NCBI GenBank assembly: GCA_019113145.1
Contig: DXHZ01000093.1
Span: 14,670-78,669 of the forward strand
Source: Candidatus Avanaerovorax faecigallinarum
GTDB lineage: Bacteria > Bacillota > Clostridia > Peptostreptococcales > Anaerovoracaceae
Direction of reading: 5' to 3'
DNA length: 64,000 nt
Positions within the stretch are counted from its first letter, which is position 1. Every line of letters starts with the position of its first letter. Shown piece by piece: positions 20,178 to 28,188 of the stretch. A program made the translations under genes and the position numbers. The notes beneath the pieces are model-generated. The model saw only the letters and a list, made by a program, of their open reading frames with translations, searched no databases and was not told the DNA's origin.

Positions 20178-20223
20178 GCCCCAAACCGCCAAAGCTTTTT
20201 TTAAAATGTTATACGATTCGGGC

Positions 20224-20251
20224 TTTACATTACGGATTTATATGGTATAAT
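20224..20251 (+). promoter_or_regulatory. Sigma-A-type promoter upstream of hbd
   Basis: TTTACA (20224-20229), 16-nt spacer, TATAAT (20246-20251). Confidence 0.5.
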
Positions 20252-20330
20252 TAGAGTGATGGGAAAAGTTAATTTTTTAACAAAATAAATGCTTAAAAAA
20301 TGCTTTGAATTATTTAGGAGGTAGATTACC

Positions 20331-21179
20331 ATGAAAAAAGTTGGCGTATTAGGAACCGGCACAATGGGTGCAGGCATCATTCAGGTTCTTGCTCAGAACG
20401 GTTATGAGGTAGTTCTCAGAGCCAGAAGACAGACTTCTGTAGACAAGGGAATTGCTACAGTAGAAAAGGGTCTGGACAGACTCATTAAGAAAGAGAAGAT
20501 TACCGAAGCTGACAAGGCTGAAATCATGGGCAGAATCCACGGTTCCACAGACATCAGCATCGTTAAGGACGCTGATCTTATCATCGAGGCAGCTACTGAG
20601 GATATGGAAGCTAAGAAGGCGCTCTTTGCAGAGCTGGATCAGCTGGTAGGCCCTGACACCATTCTCGCTACCAACACTTCTTCCCTTTCCATCACTGAGA
20701 TAGCAGCAGCTACCGGCAGACCTGACAAAGTTGTTGGAATGCACTTCTTCAACCCTGTTCCTGCAATGAAGCTGGTAGAGATCATCAAGGGACTTGCTAC
20801 CTCCGAAGAAACTAAGAACGCAGTAGTTGAACTGGCTGAGAAGCTTGGAAAGACACCTGTAGAGGTTGCTGAGGCTCCTGGATTTGTAGTAAACAGAATC
20901 CTCATCCCTATGATTAACGAAGGAATCGGAATCCTTGCTGACGGCGTTGCAGACGCCAAGGGCATTGATACCGCTATGAAGCTTGGCGCTAACCACCCGA
21001 TGGGACCTCTGGAACTCGGAGACCTTATCGGACTTGACGTAGTACTTGCCATCATGGACGTTCTTTACACCGAGTACGGCGATCCTAAGTACAGAGCTCA
21101 CGTACTCCTGAGAAAGATGGTAAGAGCAGGCAAGCTGGGAAGAAAAACCGGCGTAGGCTTCTACGACTACACGAAATAA
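20331..21179 (+). CDS. hbd: 3-hydroxybutyryl-CoA dehydrogenase
   Basis: [16 protein letters not shown] Rossmann start. The whole 282 aa matches clostridial Hbd ([30 protein letters not shown]). Confidence 0.93.
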   Translation: MKKVGVLGTGTMGAGIIQVLAQNGYEVVLRARRQTSVDKGIATVEKGLDRLIKKEKITEADKAEIMGRIHGSTDISIVKDADLIIEAATEDMEAKKALFAELDQLVGPDTILATNTSSLSITEIAAATGRPDKVVGMHFFNPVPAMKLVEIIKGLATSEETKNAVVELAEKLGKTPVEVAEAPGFVVNRILIPMINEGIGILADGVADAKGIDTAMKLGANHPMGPLELGDLIGLDVVLAIMDVLYTEYGDPKYRAHVLLRKMVRAGKLGRKTGVGFYDYTK

Positions 21180-21197
21180 GTATATTTGCTCGATGCA

Positions 21198-21235
21198 CAG
21201 GCAGAGTCTTTTGGCTCTGCCTGTTTTGGTTTTTT
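21198..21235 (+). terminator. Rho-independent terminator after hbd
   Basis: CAGGCAGAG / CTCTGCCTG 9-bp stem with an 8-nt loop, followed by TTTTGGTTTTTT. Confidence 0.8.
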
Positions 21236-21289
21236 GGTAATCTTTCCCGCGCCGCTTGCGCCTGTCACCCGGCCTTTTTCTCCATACCA

Positions 21290-21480
21290 TTTTTAAGAAA
21301 TAGTTCGACAAAAACTTCATTTTGCTGCGTTGAGGTCGAACGGTTTTTCGACAAAAAACGAAGATTCGGGGTCTTAGGTCGAACTTTTTGGCCATCGACC
21401 CGCTGAAAACTGCAAAAAAGTTCGACTTAAAAGCCGTTTTCAGGCTTTGAGGTCGAAAAACCGTTCGACTTTTTTTCAAA
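21290..21480. repeat. Intergenic hairpin-word array (word GTTCGAC/GTCGAAC)
   Basis: GTTCGAC (21303-21309) pairs with GTCGAAC (21335-21341). GTCGAACT (21378-21385) pairs with AGTTCGAC (21419-21426). GTCGAA (21452-21457) pairs with TTCGAC (21465-21470). Each is next to an A- or T-run. Confidence 0.6.
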
Positions 21481-21517
21481 TTGGAATTTAACTATCCAAT
21501 CCTCAAAAACCATTGAT

Positions 21518-21529
21518 TTTTCAAGGCTT
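21518..21529 (+). repeat. Candidate attL core (TTTTCAAGGCTT)
   Basis: An exact 12-bp match to 27937-27948, located 76 bp beyond the integrase stop. Confidence 0.45.
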
Positions 21530-21560
21530 CATGCCTGTTTTTCATTCAAACCTTATCTGT

Positions 21561-21600
21561 TTGCCCTTGTTTTTGCCCTTACCAGCCGAAACAAGGGCAA
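21561..21600. repeat. TTGCCCTT repeats (two direct, one inverted) at the integrase-proximal end; candidate arm-type sites
   Basis: TTGCCCTT at 21561-21568 and 21573-21580, and AAGGGCAA at 21593-21600. The same pair with the same 12-bp period recurs at 27839-27858. Confidence 0.4.
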
Positions 21601-21604
21601 CTTT

Positions 21605-22903
21605 TTATTCTCCGCCGACCACCTTATCCAGCAGCCTTGCGGAAGTACGCTTCGCTTCCCTTGTAGAGTGAGCGTAGATGTTCATTGTGGTACTGACATC
21701 GGAGTGTCCGAGAAGTTCCTGCACATCTTTCGGTTTTGCGCCGCCGGAAAGCAGATTGCTTGTGTAGGTGTGGCGGAGCGTGTGGAAATGGAAATCCTCA
21801 AGCCCTTTCACTTTCTTCTTTGCCGCCCTACACATAATCCCTACCGTACTCGGCGCTTCATACGCCCCGTCTGCTCTCAGGCAGACAAAGGAGATTTCCT
21901 TGTAATCCTCCGGGATTTCCTCTGTCCTTTGCAGACTGTAAACCTCATAATAGGTGCGCCCTTTTTCCTTTACTTCTTTGTAGTAGTTCAGGTGATAAAG
22001 CTCCCCGTAGCGAAAACGATTTTTGCGCTGTTCTGTTCTCGCCGCCCGTAGGATTGCCGCCAGCGTGTCGCAGAAATCAACGGTGCGGATTTTGCTCCGC
22101 TTTGTCGTTCCCACTTCGGTTGTGTGCCTTGTTCCGTTATAGCGCATACTGCGGCGTACTGTAAGATATTGTTCCTCAAGGTTAATATCCTGCCAAGTCA
22201 AGCCACATACCTCCCCGATACGAAGCCCCGTATAGTAGGCTATCTGCACAGGCAGCAAAGCGGGATTATCCTTTGCCTTGAGAAATTCCTCCAGCTTTTG
22301 GAACTGCTCATGCGTGATAGTAGGAATACTGGAAGTATCTTCCTCACTATCCGAGAAAATATCCGTTTCCTGCTTCCTGCCCCTCAGCTTCACATACTGC
22401 ATAGGGTTAAAGGTAATCAGTTTTTTCGGGAATACCGCAAAGCGGAAGGTATTTTGCAGCACCGCCGAGAACAGGAGCATATATCCTTTGCTCATGGGCT
22501 TTGAAGTTGTCCCGTCCGGGTTTGTCCCACCGTAGCTCAGAAAATCAATGAACGCCTGCAAATGGTCGGCGGTCACTGTTTTCAGCTTGCGTTTGCCAAT
22601 GGGATATTGCTTGATACGGTTGACTGTTCCCTGATAGGACATGACCGTCCCGTTGCTTAAGTTTCCGGGTTTCAGTTCTTCCTCTACCCACATATCCAGC
22701 ATATCGCCTACCGTGATGTTTTCCGCTTTCCCGACAAACTGCTTTTCCTCGTAGTCCGCTATCGCTTTGCGGAGCATGGCTTCTGTTTCCGCCTTGCTAT
22801 CTGTGCCTGCAAACTCTTTCTGCACTTTTCTGCCGCTTTCATCTTCAATGTAAAAGCGTCCGTACCACTTTTTGCCTTTCTTTCTTACAGAACCTTTTGC
22901 CAT
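21605..22903 (-). CDS. int: Tyrosine-type site-specific recombinase/integrase
   Basis: Start MAKGSVRKKGKKWYGRFY (arm-binding AP2-like N-terminus). The catalytic C-terminus reads FHTLRHTYTSNLL...LLGHSDVSTTMNIYAH. Confidence 0.9.
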   Translation of the reverse strand: MAKGSVRKKGKKWYGRFYIEDESGRKVQKEFAGTDSKAETEAMLRKAIADYEEKQFVGKAENITVGDMLDMWVEEELKPGNLSNGTVMSYQGTVNRIKQYPIGKRKLKTVTADHLQAFIDFLSYGGTNPDGTTSKPMSKGYMLLFSAVLQNTFRFAVFPKKLITFNPMQYVKLRGRKQETDIFSDSEEDTSSIPTITHEQFQKLEEFLKAKDNPALLPVQIAYYTGLRIGEVCGLTWQDINLEEQYLTVRRSMRYNGTRHTTEVGTTKRSKIRTVDFCDTLAAILRAARTEQRKNRFRYGELYHLNYYKEVKEKGRTYYEVYSLQRTEEIPEDYKEISFVCLRADGAYEAPSTVGIMCRAAKKKVKGLEDFHFHTLRHTYTSNLLSGGAKPKDVQELLGHSDVSTTMNIYAHSTREAKRTSARLLDKVVGGE

Positions 22904-23010
22904 AGATAAAAAACTCCTTTCTATCCGTGGCAATCGGGACTGTGACATATGGTGTGCGTAAAGTAATTGTGTCACTTCTGCCAGTGGAAGTCAACTGGCG
23001 TCTTTACTTG

Positions 23011-23676
23011 TCAAGGTGCCACGGAATTTTCTTTTTCGGAAAGCCTTTCTTCGGCTTCCTCCACTATCCCGAAAAGTGCGCCCATCGACATTCTTGTGCG
23101 CCCCTCATCGTGGATATGTAAAATCCCGTCTAAAAACCGTTTCATATCCTCAATCGGTACTTCCATCTTCTTACGGTATACCTGCTCCATGATAGCACCG
23201 GACTCTATGGCGTACCGCCCAAGAGACTCTTTCAGCCCTTTGTCCTCCGCCACACGGTCAACTTCCTCCATAGCGTCAGCAAAGTAGTAGGTCATAACCG
23301 TATACAGGTCAACCATCTTGCCGAGAAATGTCGTGAGAAGTTGCTGGTGCGGCTCGCCCTTTACCGTATGGGAAACTGTGTCCAGATACTTCTTGATGTG
23401 TTCCTCAATATCCCGCTGGCAGAGAGTATAGGTGTCATATTCCTTATCATCGGAAAGACCTGTCAGCCATTCGGGAGTTGTGAGCAACGCTTCCGCAAGA
23501 CCGTTGATAACCATTGTGCGCTTCGGATCAACTCCGTCCGCTTCGTACCGCTGAATGGTGGATTTGTTCACGCCTACACGCCTGCCGAGTTCCGGCATGG
23601 TAATGTTTAACTCTGTGCGGCGTTCCTTAATCCGTCCACCGACCTGTTTTGCGGTGAATGTGGTTTCTTTTTTCAA
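23011..23676 (-). CDS. XRE-family HTH transcriptional regulator (element repressor candidate)
   Basis: HTH is GGRIKERRTELNITMPELGRRVGVNKSTIQRYEADG. I prefer the TTG start at 23676, which lies 8 nt after AGGAGG. The GTG at 23685 abuts the SD. Confidence 0.78.
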   Translation of the reverse strand: MKKETTFTAKQVGGRIKERRTELNITMPELGRRVGVNKSTIQRYEADGVDPKRTMVINGLAEALLTTPEWLTGLSDDKEYDTYTLCQRDIEEHIKKYLDTVSHTVKGEPHQQLLTTFLGKMVDLYTVMTYYFADAMEEVDRVAEDKGLKESLGRYAIESGAIMEQVYRKKMEVPIEDMKRFLDGILHIHDEGRTRMSMGALFGIVEEAEERLSEKENSVAP

Positions 23677-23780
23677 GGTGTTCACCTCCTGACTGGTATC
23701 AGTATAACACGCTAATACTTATTTTGCAACTGCTATTTCAATAAAAGTAGTAAATAAACTATGAACGGTTGCAAAATAGG

Positions 23781-23809
23781 TTGACAAGAGATGGCAGAAC
23801 AAGTATAAT
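23781..23809 (+). promoter_or_regulatory. Consensus sigma-A promoter driving xis/mob
   Basis: TTGACA (23781-23786), 17-nt spacer, TATAAT (23804-23809). GTTGCAAAAT motifs flank it at 23768-23777 and 23822-23831. Confidence 0.7.
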
Positions 23810-23858
23810 GATAAAACAGTAGTTGCAAAATGAGTATTCTAAAAAGGAGGTTGATAGA

Positions 23859-24074
23859 ATGAGTGCAGTCAAAATAGGACTTACCATAGAGGAAGCCGCA
23901 GAATGTACGGGTATCGGCAGGAACACCATGCGGAAGCTGGTGGAATGGGGAAAGCTACCCGTCCTCAAAGTGGGGCGCAAGACCATTATCCGCAGGGACA
24001 CGCTGGAACGGTTTCTGACAGTCAATCAGGGAAGAAATCTTCTGAAGCCCGATGATGTCCGCAGAGTGGAATGA
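23859..24074 (+). CDS. xis: Excisionase-family (MerR-like HTH) DNA-binding protein
   Basis: MSAVKIGLTIEEAAECTGIGRNTMRKLVEWGKLPVLKVGRKTIIRRDTLERFL. AGGAGG lies upstream of the ATG at 23859. Confidence 0.8.
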   Translation: MSAVKIGLTIEEAAECTGIGRNTMRKLVEWGKLPVLKVGRKTIIRRDTLERFLTVNQGRNLLKPDDVRRVE

Positions 24075-24119
24075 CCATCCATTCTCTTTTCGGAAAGTAA
24101 CCCTAAGCCCTCGGCGTTT

Positions 24120-24270
24120 GAGAGCGAAATACACCCCTCGCACAAATCTTCGATTTGTACTCCGGGTATTTCGCCCTTGCAGGGGGCTTCCGTATCAACG
24201 CCTGCGGCGTCTGATACGGGGCTGTCACCGCTGCCGCAGCGACAGCCGCAACCGTCGTAAACGGTTGCAA
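24120..24270 (+). other. Candidate oriT: five consecutive inverted repeats upstream of the relaxase gene
   Basis: GCGAAATAC/GTATTTCGC (24124-24174) with nested ACAAATC/GATTTGT. CCGTATCA/TGATACGG (24190-24219) with nested ACGCC/GGCGT. GCTGTC/GACAGC (24221-24246). GCAACCGT/ACGGTTGC (24248-24268). Confidence 0.45.
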
Positions 24271-24309
24271 AAAAGGACGCACCTTGACAACAGAAAACGG
24301 AGATGATGT

Positions 24310-25746
24310 ATGCCGAGACACAGTTTTATCCAGATGTCGAAGCTGCCCAATGTCAAAGGGAGAATATCGTATATCACGAGCCATGCAAGGCAGGAAAATC
24401 TCTATGCCACCTACCGCACCGCTGATAATCAATTTTGGAGCAACCTTGCAAGGGAAAGCCAGCAGGAGTTTCAGCGCAGCGGCACAGAGGGCAAATGTAT
24501 TGAAGCAAGGGAACTGATTATCGCCTTGCCCGAAGTCTATACGCAATACGAGCCGCAGCAGGTACTCACGGACTTTACAGAGGAGTTCCGCAGGCGGTAC
24601 GGTGTGGAGTGCGTGTCCGCCCTCCACCACAACAAGCGCAAGACAAATTATCATATCCATCTGATTTTCAGCGAGAGGAGACTGCTCCCCGAACCCGATG
24701 TGAAGATTGCTTCCCGCAGCGTGTTCTTTGACGAGACTGGAAAGCGTGTCCGCACCAAAAAGGAAATCACGGGGGAGGACAGGCAGATACGGAAAGGCTG
24801 TACCGTCATCAAAAAAGGCGAGGTATACGAAAGCCATCTGTTTACTACCAAAGACACACGTTTTAAGGGAGAGCCGTTTCTCCGGGAGATAAAGGAAGTG
24901 TATACGGAACTTATTAACCGCCATATCTCTGATCCTGAGCAGCACTTAAAGGTATTTGATAAAAACAGCGTTTATCTTCCCACCAAGAAAATCGGCAAGA
25001 ACAATCCCAAAGAGGATGAAATCAAAGCCGACAATGCCGCAAGGCAGGAATGGAACAGGACAGCGGATATGGCGTTGTTATCAGGTATTTCCGAAGCAAA
25101 GATTTTAGAAGTCAAGCAGACAGAGATACACGAAAAGGCGAGCCAGTCTATCAAAAGCAAGGGCTGGCTTCCCAATCTGTTCCGCAGTATCGTAACCAAG
25201 GCAAAGGACTTCCTGCAAAGCCTAATCCGTGAACACGATATGCCGCCGAAGCCTGTCCTTGAGATAGATATGGCAGAGTTCCATACCATGCAAAAGCTGA
25301 TGATAAAGGCGCAGGATAAGGCGAAAGAAATCCGGCATTTGCAGGACACGGTACTTCCGAAGCTGAAACAGCAGCTTGCCGACACAAAAGGGATTTTTAA
25401 AGGTAAGGAGCGCAAGGCGCTCACAGAGCAGATACAGCGGACAGAAAAGGAAATCGCTGAAAAGCTGGATAAACTGCCCGATGTTCTGAAAGAGGACGGT
25501 TATCCCGATGTGCAGGCATTCATGGCAACCTACCGCAAGGCGGAGGCTGTCGTGGAGCAGTACAATCGTGACCTTGCCGCATGGGAGCGGCAGGTCAGGG
25601 AAAAACAGAAACCCGCCCAAAAAGAGCAGGCAAAGCCGCCTGAACGGGAGAGCGTACTGAAACGCCTGCGCCAGCTTCAAGCGGAGGGCAAGCAAAGAAA
25701 CCAGCCGAGACAGAGAAAGAAATCCTTTGACAGAGACAGCCGATAA
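24310..25746 (+). CDS. Mobilisation relaxase-like protein (HUH-type, MobA/MobL- or Pre-like)
   Basis: The N-terminal domain has SALHHNKRKTNYHIHLIFSER (H-x-H metal motif). The C-terminal half is a long charged coiled coil. It sits between the oriT-like hairpins and the cargo genes. Confidence 0.6.
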   Translation: MPRHSFIQMSKLPNVKGRISYITSHARQENLYATYRTADNQFWSNLARESQQEFQRSGTEGKCIEARELIIALPEVYTQYEPQQVLTDFTEEFRRRYGVECVSALHHNKRKTNYHIHLIFSERRLLPEPDVKIASRSVFFDETGKRVRTKKEITGEDRQIRKGCTVIKKGEVYESHLFTTKDTRFKGEPFLREIKEVYTELINRHISDPEQHLKVFDKNSVYLPTKKIGKNNPKEDEIKADNAARQEWNRTADMALLSGISEAKILEVKQTEIHEKASQSIKSKGWLPNLFRSIVTKAKDFLQSLIREHDMPPKPVLEIDMAEFHTMQKLMIKAQDKAKEIRHLQDTVLPKLKQQLADTKGIFKGKERKALTEQIQRTEKEIAEKLDKLPDVLKEDGYPDVQAFMATYRKAEAVVEQYNRDLAAWERQVREKQKPAQKEQAKPPERESVLKRLRQLQAEGKQRNQPRQRKKSFDRDSR

Positions 25747-25798
25747 AGGAAACACCGCCAGCGTGTGACTGCTGGCGGTGTTATACATTTGAGTAATC

Positions 25799-26320
25799 TT
25801 ATTCATCCCATGCAGGATAATATATTCCAGCCCTTTTATTGCGGCTTCCCGGATCAAAATTTTCCGTATTATCCTTGATTTCTAATGTTACCATTTTAAC
25901 AGAATATAAGCCTTCCTTTTCTGGATCAATGGTGTTGCTTTCCCAATCATTAAAATAGAGAAAATATGTTTCTTCTGATGTTGTTATCTCATATTCACAA
26001 TCAATTTCTCTGGCATGTTTTCCCGATTCATAATGGGTGTTACTTGAGTATCTTGTCCTTTTAATAGACTCAACCGTTCCGTGGTATTCTGAAAAAAGAT
26101 AATCACATCCCTCGCTGAAATCGCTTGTTTCATAAAGAGCTGTTTCTGAAAAAAGTCCTTTTAATGCATCGGCGTCGTGATTTTCTATCGCCATTATTAT
26201 TTGCTGGCATTTTTCATCATTTTTCTCTTCTTCAGTTTTGAATATGTTGTTTATATTACAGCCCGTCATACAAACAACAATTCCAAATAGAAGTAGAATA
26301 CACAGTATGTTTCTTTTCAT
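25799..26320 (-). CDS. Lipoprotein (DUF5104-like), IME cargo
   Basis: MKRNILCILLLFGIVVCMTGC lipobox. AT-rich coding sequence. Confidence 0.72.
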   Translation of the reverse strand: MKRNILCILLLFGIVVCMTGCNINNIFKTEEEKNDEKCQQIIMAIENHDADALKGLFSETALYETSDFSEGCDYLFSEYHGTVESIKRTRYSSNTHYESGKHAREIDCEYEITTSEETYFLYFNDWESNTIDPEKEGLYSVKMVTLEIKDNTENFDPGSRNKRAGIYYPAWDE

Positions 26321-26494
26321 GGCGGTTACTCCCATATATTTCAACCTTTTATCTTTGTTTGCCCTCTCCTGACATTTCCTACCCTAATTATAATGAAGTG
26401 TAATACTTCATGCAATGAGACGGTTTGAAAAACATATCAACTCATAGGGAAAGCAAAAAGTCAACCGAAACAGAGGAAGAAATTCTTTATATAA

Positions 26495-27181
26495 TTATTC
26501 TTGAATCCTTTTATAACATGTGTCCAGTCGTTGCTCAATCTCTTGCTGAGCCAAGTTTGCATCATCAAAAGAAAAAATCGCATTAGAAGCATTCTTACCT
26601 GCTTCACATCGGCACAAAAGCATTCCCCAGTTTGGGTAGGTATAATAATTTACTTCACCAGTTGAAAATCCTTGTTCTTCCGGCAATTTTACCTTTGGAA
26701 CATTTACAGAATTTAATATTTCTGAAATGGCGGCAGCGTATTCTGATATTGTGTTTTCCTCATCAGTTTCTAATCCTACCGTTTCGTTTTCGTCATCATA
26801 TCTTAAACGAAGATGATATTTTTCTGCAATTTCAGTAATGCGCTCGATATATCCTTGTTCTTCAAGCAACGTTTTCAAATAATCATCTCTGCAACCAAAA
26901 TGATAAGTATTATTATAGATGATATTTGATACACTAAATTTCACTCCGTTTTCATCGGAATATACCCCGCAACCTTCGTCTTTATCAAAAGGTGTAACGA
27001 TATTAAAAGTATGTTCAGGGTAAGTTTGCTGGAGACACATTATAATGCGTTCATCTGTATTTTTTCCGCTTAAAGGATTATCAGGATTATTAACATCCCG
27101 CACTAATTTACCTATTTCAGAACAGCCGGAAAAAGCCGTACATAATAATAGGATCATCAAAATCATTCCTATTTTTTTCAA
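26495..27181 (-). CDS. Lipoprotein of unknown function, IME cargo
   Basis: MKKIGMILMILLLCTAFSGC lipobox. No recognisable domain. Confidence 0.72.
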   Translation of the reverse strand: MKKIGMILMILLLCTAFSGCSEIGKLVRDVNNPDNPLSGKNTDERIIMCLQQTYPEHTFNIVTPFDKDEGCGVYSDENGVKFSVSNIIYNNTYHFGCRDDYLKTLLEEQGYIERITEIAEKYHLRLRYDDENETVGLETDEENTISEYAAAISEILNSVNVPKVKLPEEQGFSTGEVNYYTYPNWGMLLCRCEAGKNASNAIFSFDDANLAQQEIEQRLDTCYKRIQE

Positions 27182-27344
27182 AACATATCCCCCTCAAATC
27201 ATGGAACTTCGGTACGGTTTACCTATTGTTATTATACGATAAAACCTAACCATATTCAATCTTAGTGATCGCAGACATTTATCTGAACATTAGAAAATAT
27301 TGGATTTTTCATCTAAATCAAAAATAGACGCAATAGATAATATC

Positions 27345-27371
27345 AGCGGCAGGGATTTCTCCCCACCGCTC
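27345..27371 (-). terminator. Possible terminator hairpin after tnpV
   Basis: On the minus-strand RNA an 11-bp stem forms if two G-U pairs are allowed (AGCGGUGGGGA/UCCCUGCCGCU). The U-rich tract is delayed. Confidence 0.3.
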
Positions 27372-27374
27372 TCC

Positions 27375-27752
27375 TTATGCAAAGATGATTTCTTTTTCTA
27401 CAATCTCCTTTGCACACGCTCGTATGTTATTCATTCTCTGTGTCCATTCTAAAGCGTTTTCCACCTTTAACTGCTCTGTGATACCATGCGCCTGTTTCAT
27501 CTGCTCTGTAAGTCTTTCCATACGCTCCTGTGCTTGCTTATCTATATCGGCAAGGTAAGTATTCAGCCTGCCGCTTGTAAGTAGCGTTGTATATATATTT
27601 CTGTGGTATTCTTTCAGATACCGCAAGTGCCGCTGTCCCCACAAACCGATAGGCTGTTCTTTTTCGGCTGGTAAGATAAGACAAGGAATATAATAATCTC
27701 CTTGCAGTTCATACCATAGACCATTTTTATCATCGTAAATATACTTGTCCAT
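27375..27752 (-). CDS. tnpV: TnpV family protein
   Basis: MDKYIYDDKNGLWYELQGDYYIPCL...GLWGQRHLRYLKEYHRNIYTTLLTSGRLNTYLADIDKQAQERMERL...EWTQRMNNIRACAKEIV matches the Tn4451-type TnpV pattern. GGAGG lies 8 nt upstream. Confidence 0.85.
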   Translation of the reverse strand: MDKYIYDDKNGLWYELQGDYYIPCLILPAEKEQPIGLWGQRHLRYLKEYHRNIYTTLLTSGRLNTYLADIDKQAQERMERLTEQMKQAHGITEQLKVENALEWTQRMNNIRACAKEIVEKEIIFA

Positions 27753-27838
27753 TGAAAAATCCTCCGTTATAATATATTCGCACATACATCACAGTTCTCC
27801 GATTGCCACACTCTGTTATATCTTGTTATGAGATTTTG

Positions 27839-27858
27839 TTGCCCTTGCATTTGCCCTT
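27839..27858 (+). repeat. TTGCCCTT x2 at the integrase-distal end of the IME
   Basis: TTGCCCTT at 27839-27846 and 27851-27858, in the same orientation and with the same 12-bp period as 21561-21580. Confidence 0.4.
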
Positions 27859-27936
27859 ATGAGCAAGGAGGGAAAGAGTAAACTTGTGTGTAACCGTATA
27901 AAGAGATAAGGAGAACACATTGCGATAAATCCTTTA

Positions 27937-27948
27937 TTTTCAAGGCTT
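27937..27948 (+). repeat. Candidate attR core (TTTTCAAGGCTT)
   Basis: An exact 12-bp match to 21518-21529. Confidence 0.45.
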
Positions 27949-28080
27949 TTGGAGGATTTTATTAAAACACTGTAACCTCTGTTGAGAGGTCATAATTTAC
28001 TGATATTCAAATTTCGCTTTAAAAGTCGAACTCGCCCGTGTGAACCCGCCAGCTCGAACCCACGCGAGCAACTCACACGC

Positions 28081-28135
28081 AAAAACTCCCTTGAAAAAGT
28101 TGCAGTTTTCCCAAAAAACTCCCTTGAAAAAGTTG
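28081..28135 (+). repeat. 22-bp direct repeat AAAAACTCCCTTGAAAAAGTTG x2 (33-bp period) in the rho upstream region
   Basis: Copies at 28081-28102 and 28114-28135, enclosed by AACTCACA / TGTGAGTT. Confidence 0.7.
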
Positions 28136-28159
28136 TGAGTTCCGGTGATACTCTTTCGA

Positions 28160-28188
28160 TTGTCGAAAGGCGGCGCAGATGGTATAAT
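28160..28188 (+). promoter_or_regulatory. Sigma-A-type promoter for rho
   Basis: TTGTCG (28160-28165), 17-nt spacer, TATAAT (28183-28188), with TG 1 nt upstream (TGGTATAAT). Confidence 0.5.

Larger units (their letters stand above)
21518..27948. mobile_element. Integrative mobilizable element (~6.4 kb): integrase, XRE regulator, excisionase, oriT candidate, relaxase, two lipoproteins, TnpV
   Basis: The gene content is typical of an IME. It is bounded by the 12-bp direct repeat TTTTCAAGGCTT (21518-21529 and 27937-27948). It is inserted in the hbd-rho intergenic region. The cargo genes are visibly AT-richer. Confidence 0.7.

Noticed and set aside
20349-21479. 376-aa ORF on the minus strand covering all of hbd
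   Set aside because: It is a mirror-frame ORF opposite an unmistakable hbd gene. Its composition is Ser/Leu/Cys-rich, it has no RBS, and it extends into the repeat array. Many similar long antisense ORFs occur opposite clearly recognisable genes and look like codon-bias shadows: 6813-7529, 9545-10261, 18429-19346, 24103-24945, 25222-25857, 28772-29527, 31981-33072, 35511-36284, 37584-38501, 38953-40107, 40854-41447, 46393-47256, 58354-58992 and 58908-59543.
21180-21604. tRNA or small RNA gene as the IME integration target
   Set aside because: I found no tRNA-like acceptor or T-arm sequence (GGTTCGAATCC-type) in either flank. The target appears to be a plain intergenic hairpin.
24052-24306. 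84-aa Arg-rich ORF across the oriT-like hairpin region
   Set aside because: The composition (RRLR..., RCRSDSRNRRKRLQKR) and the overlap with five inverted repeats argue for non-coding DNA.
28081-28135. Possible CRISPR-like repeat-spacer unit (22-bp repeat, 11-bp spacer)
   Set aside because: There are only two copies, the spacer is far too short, and there are no cas genes. I treat it as a leader or operator repeat.
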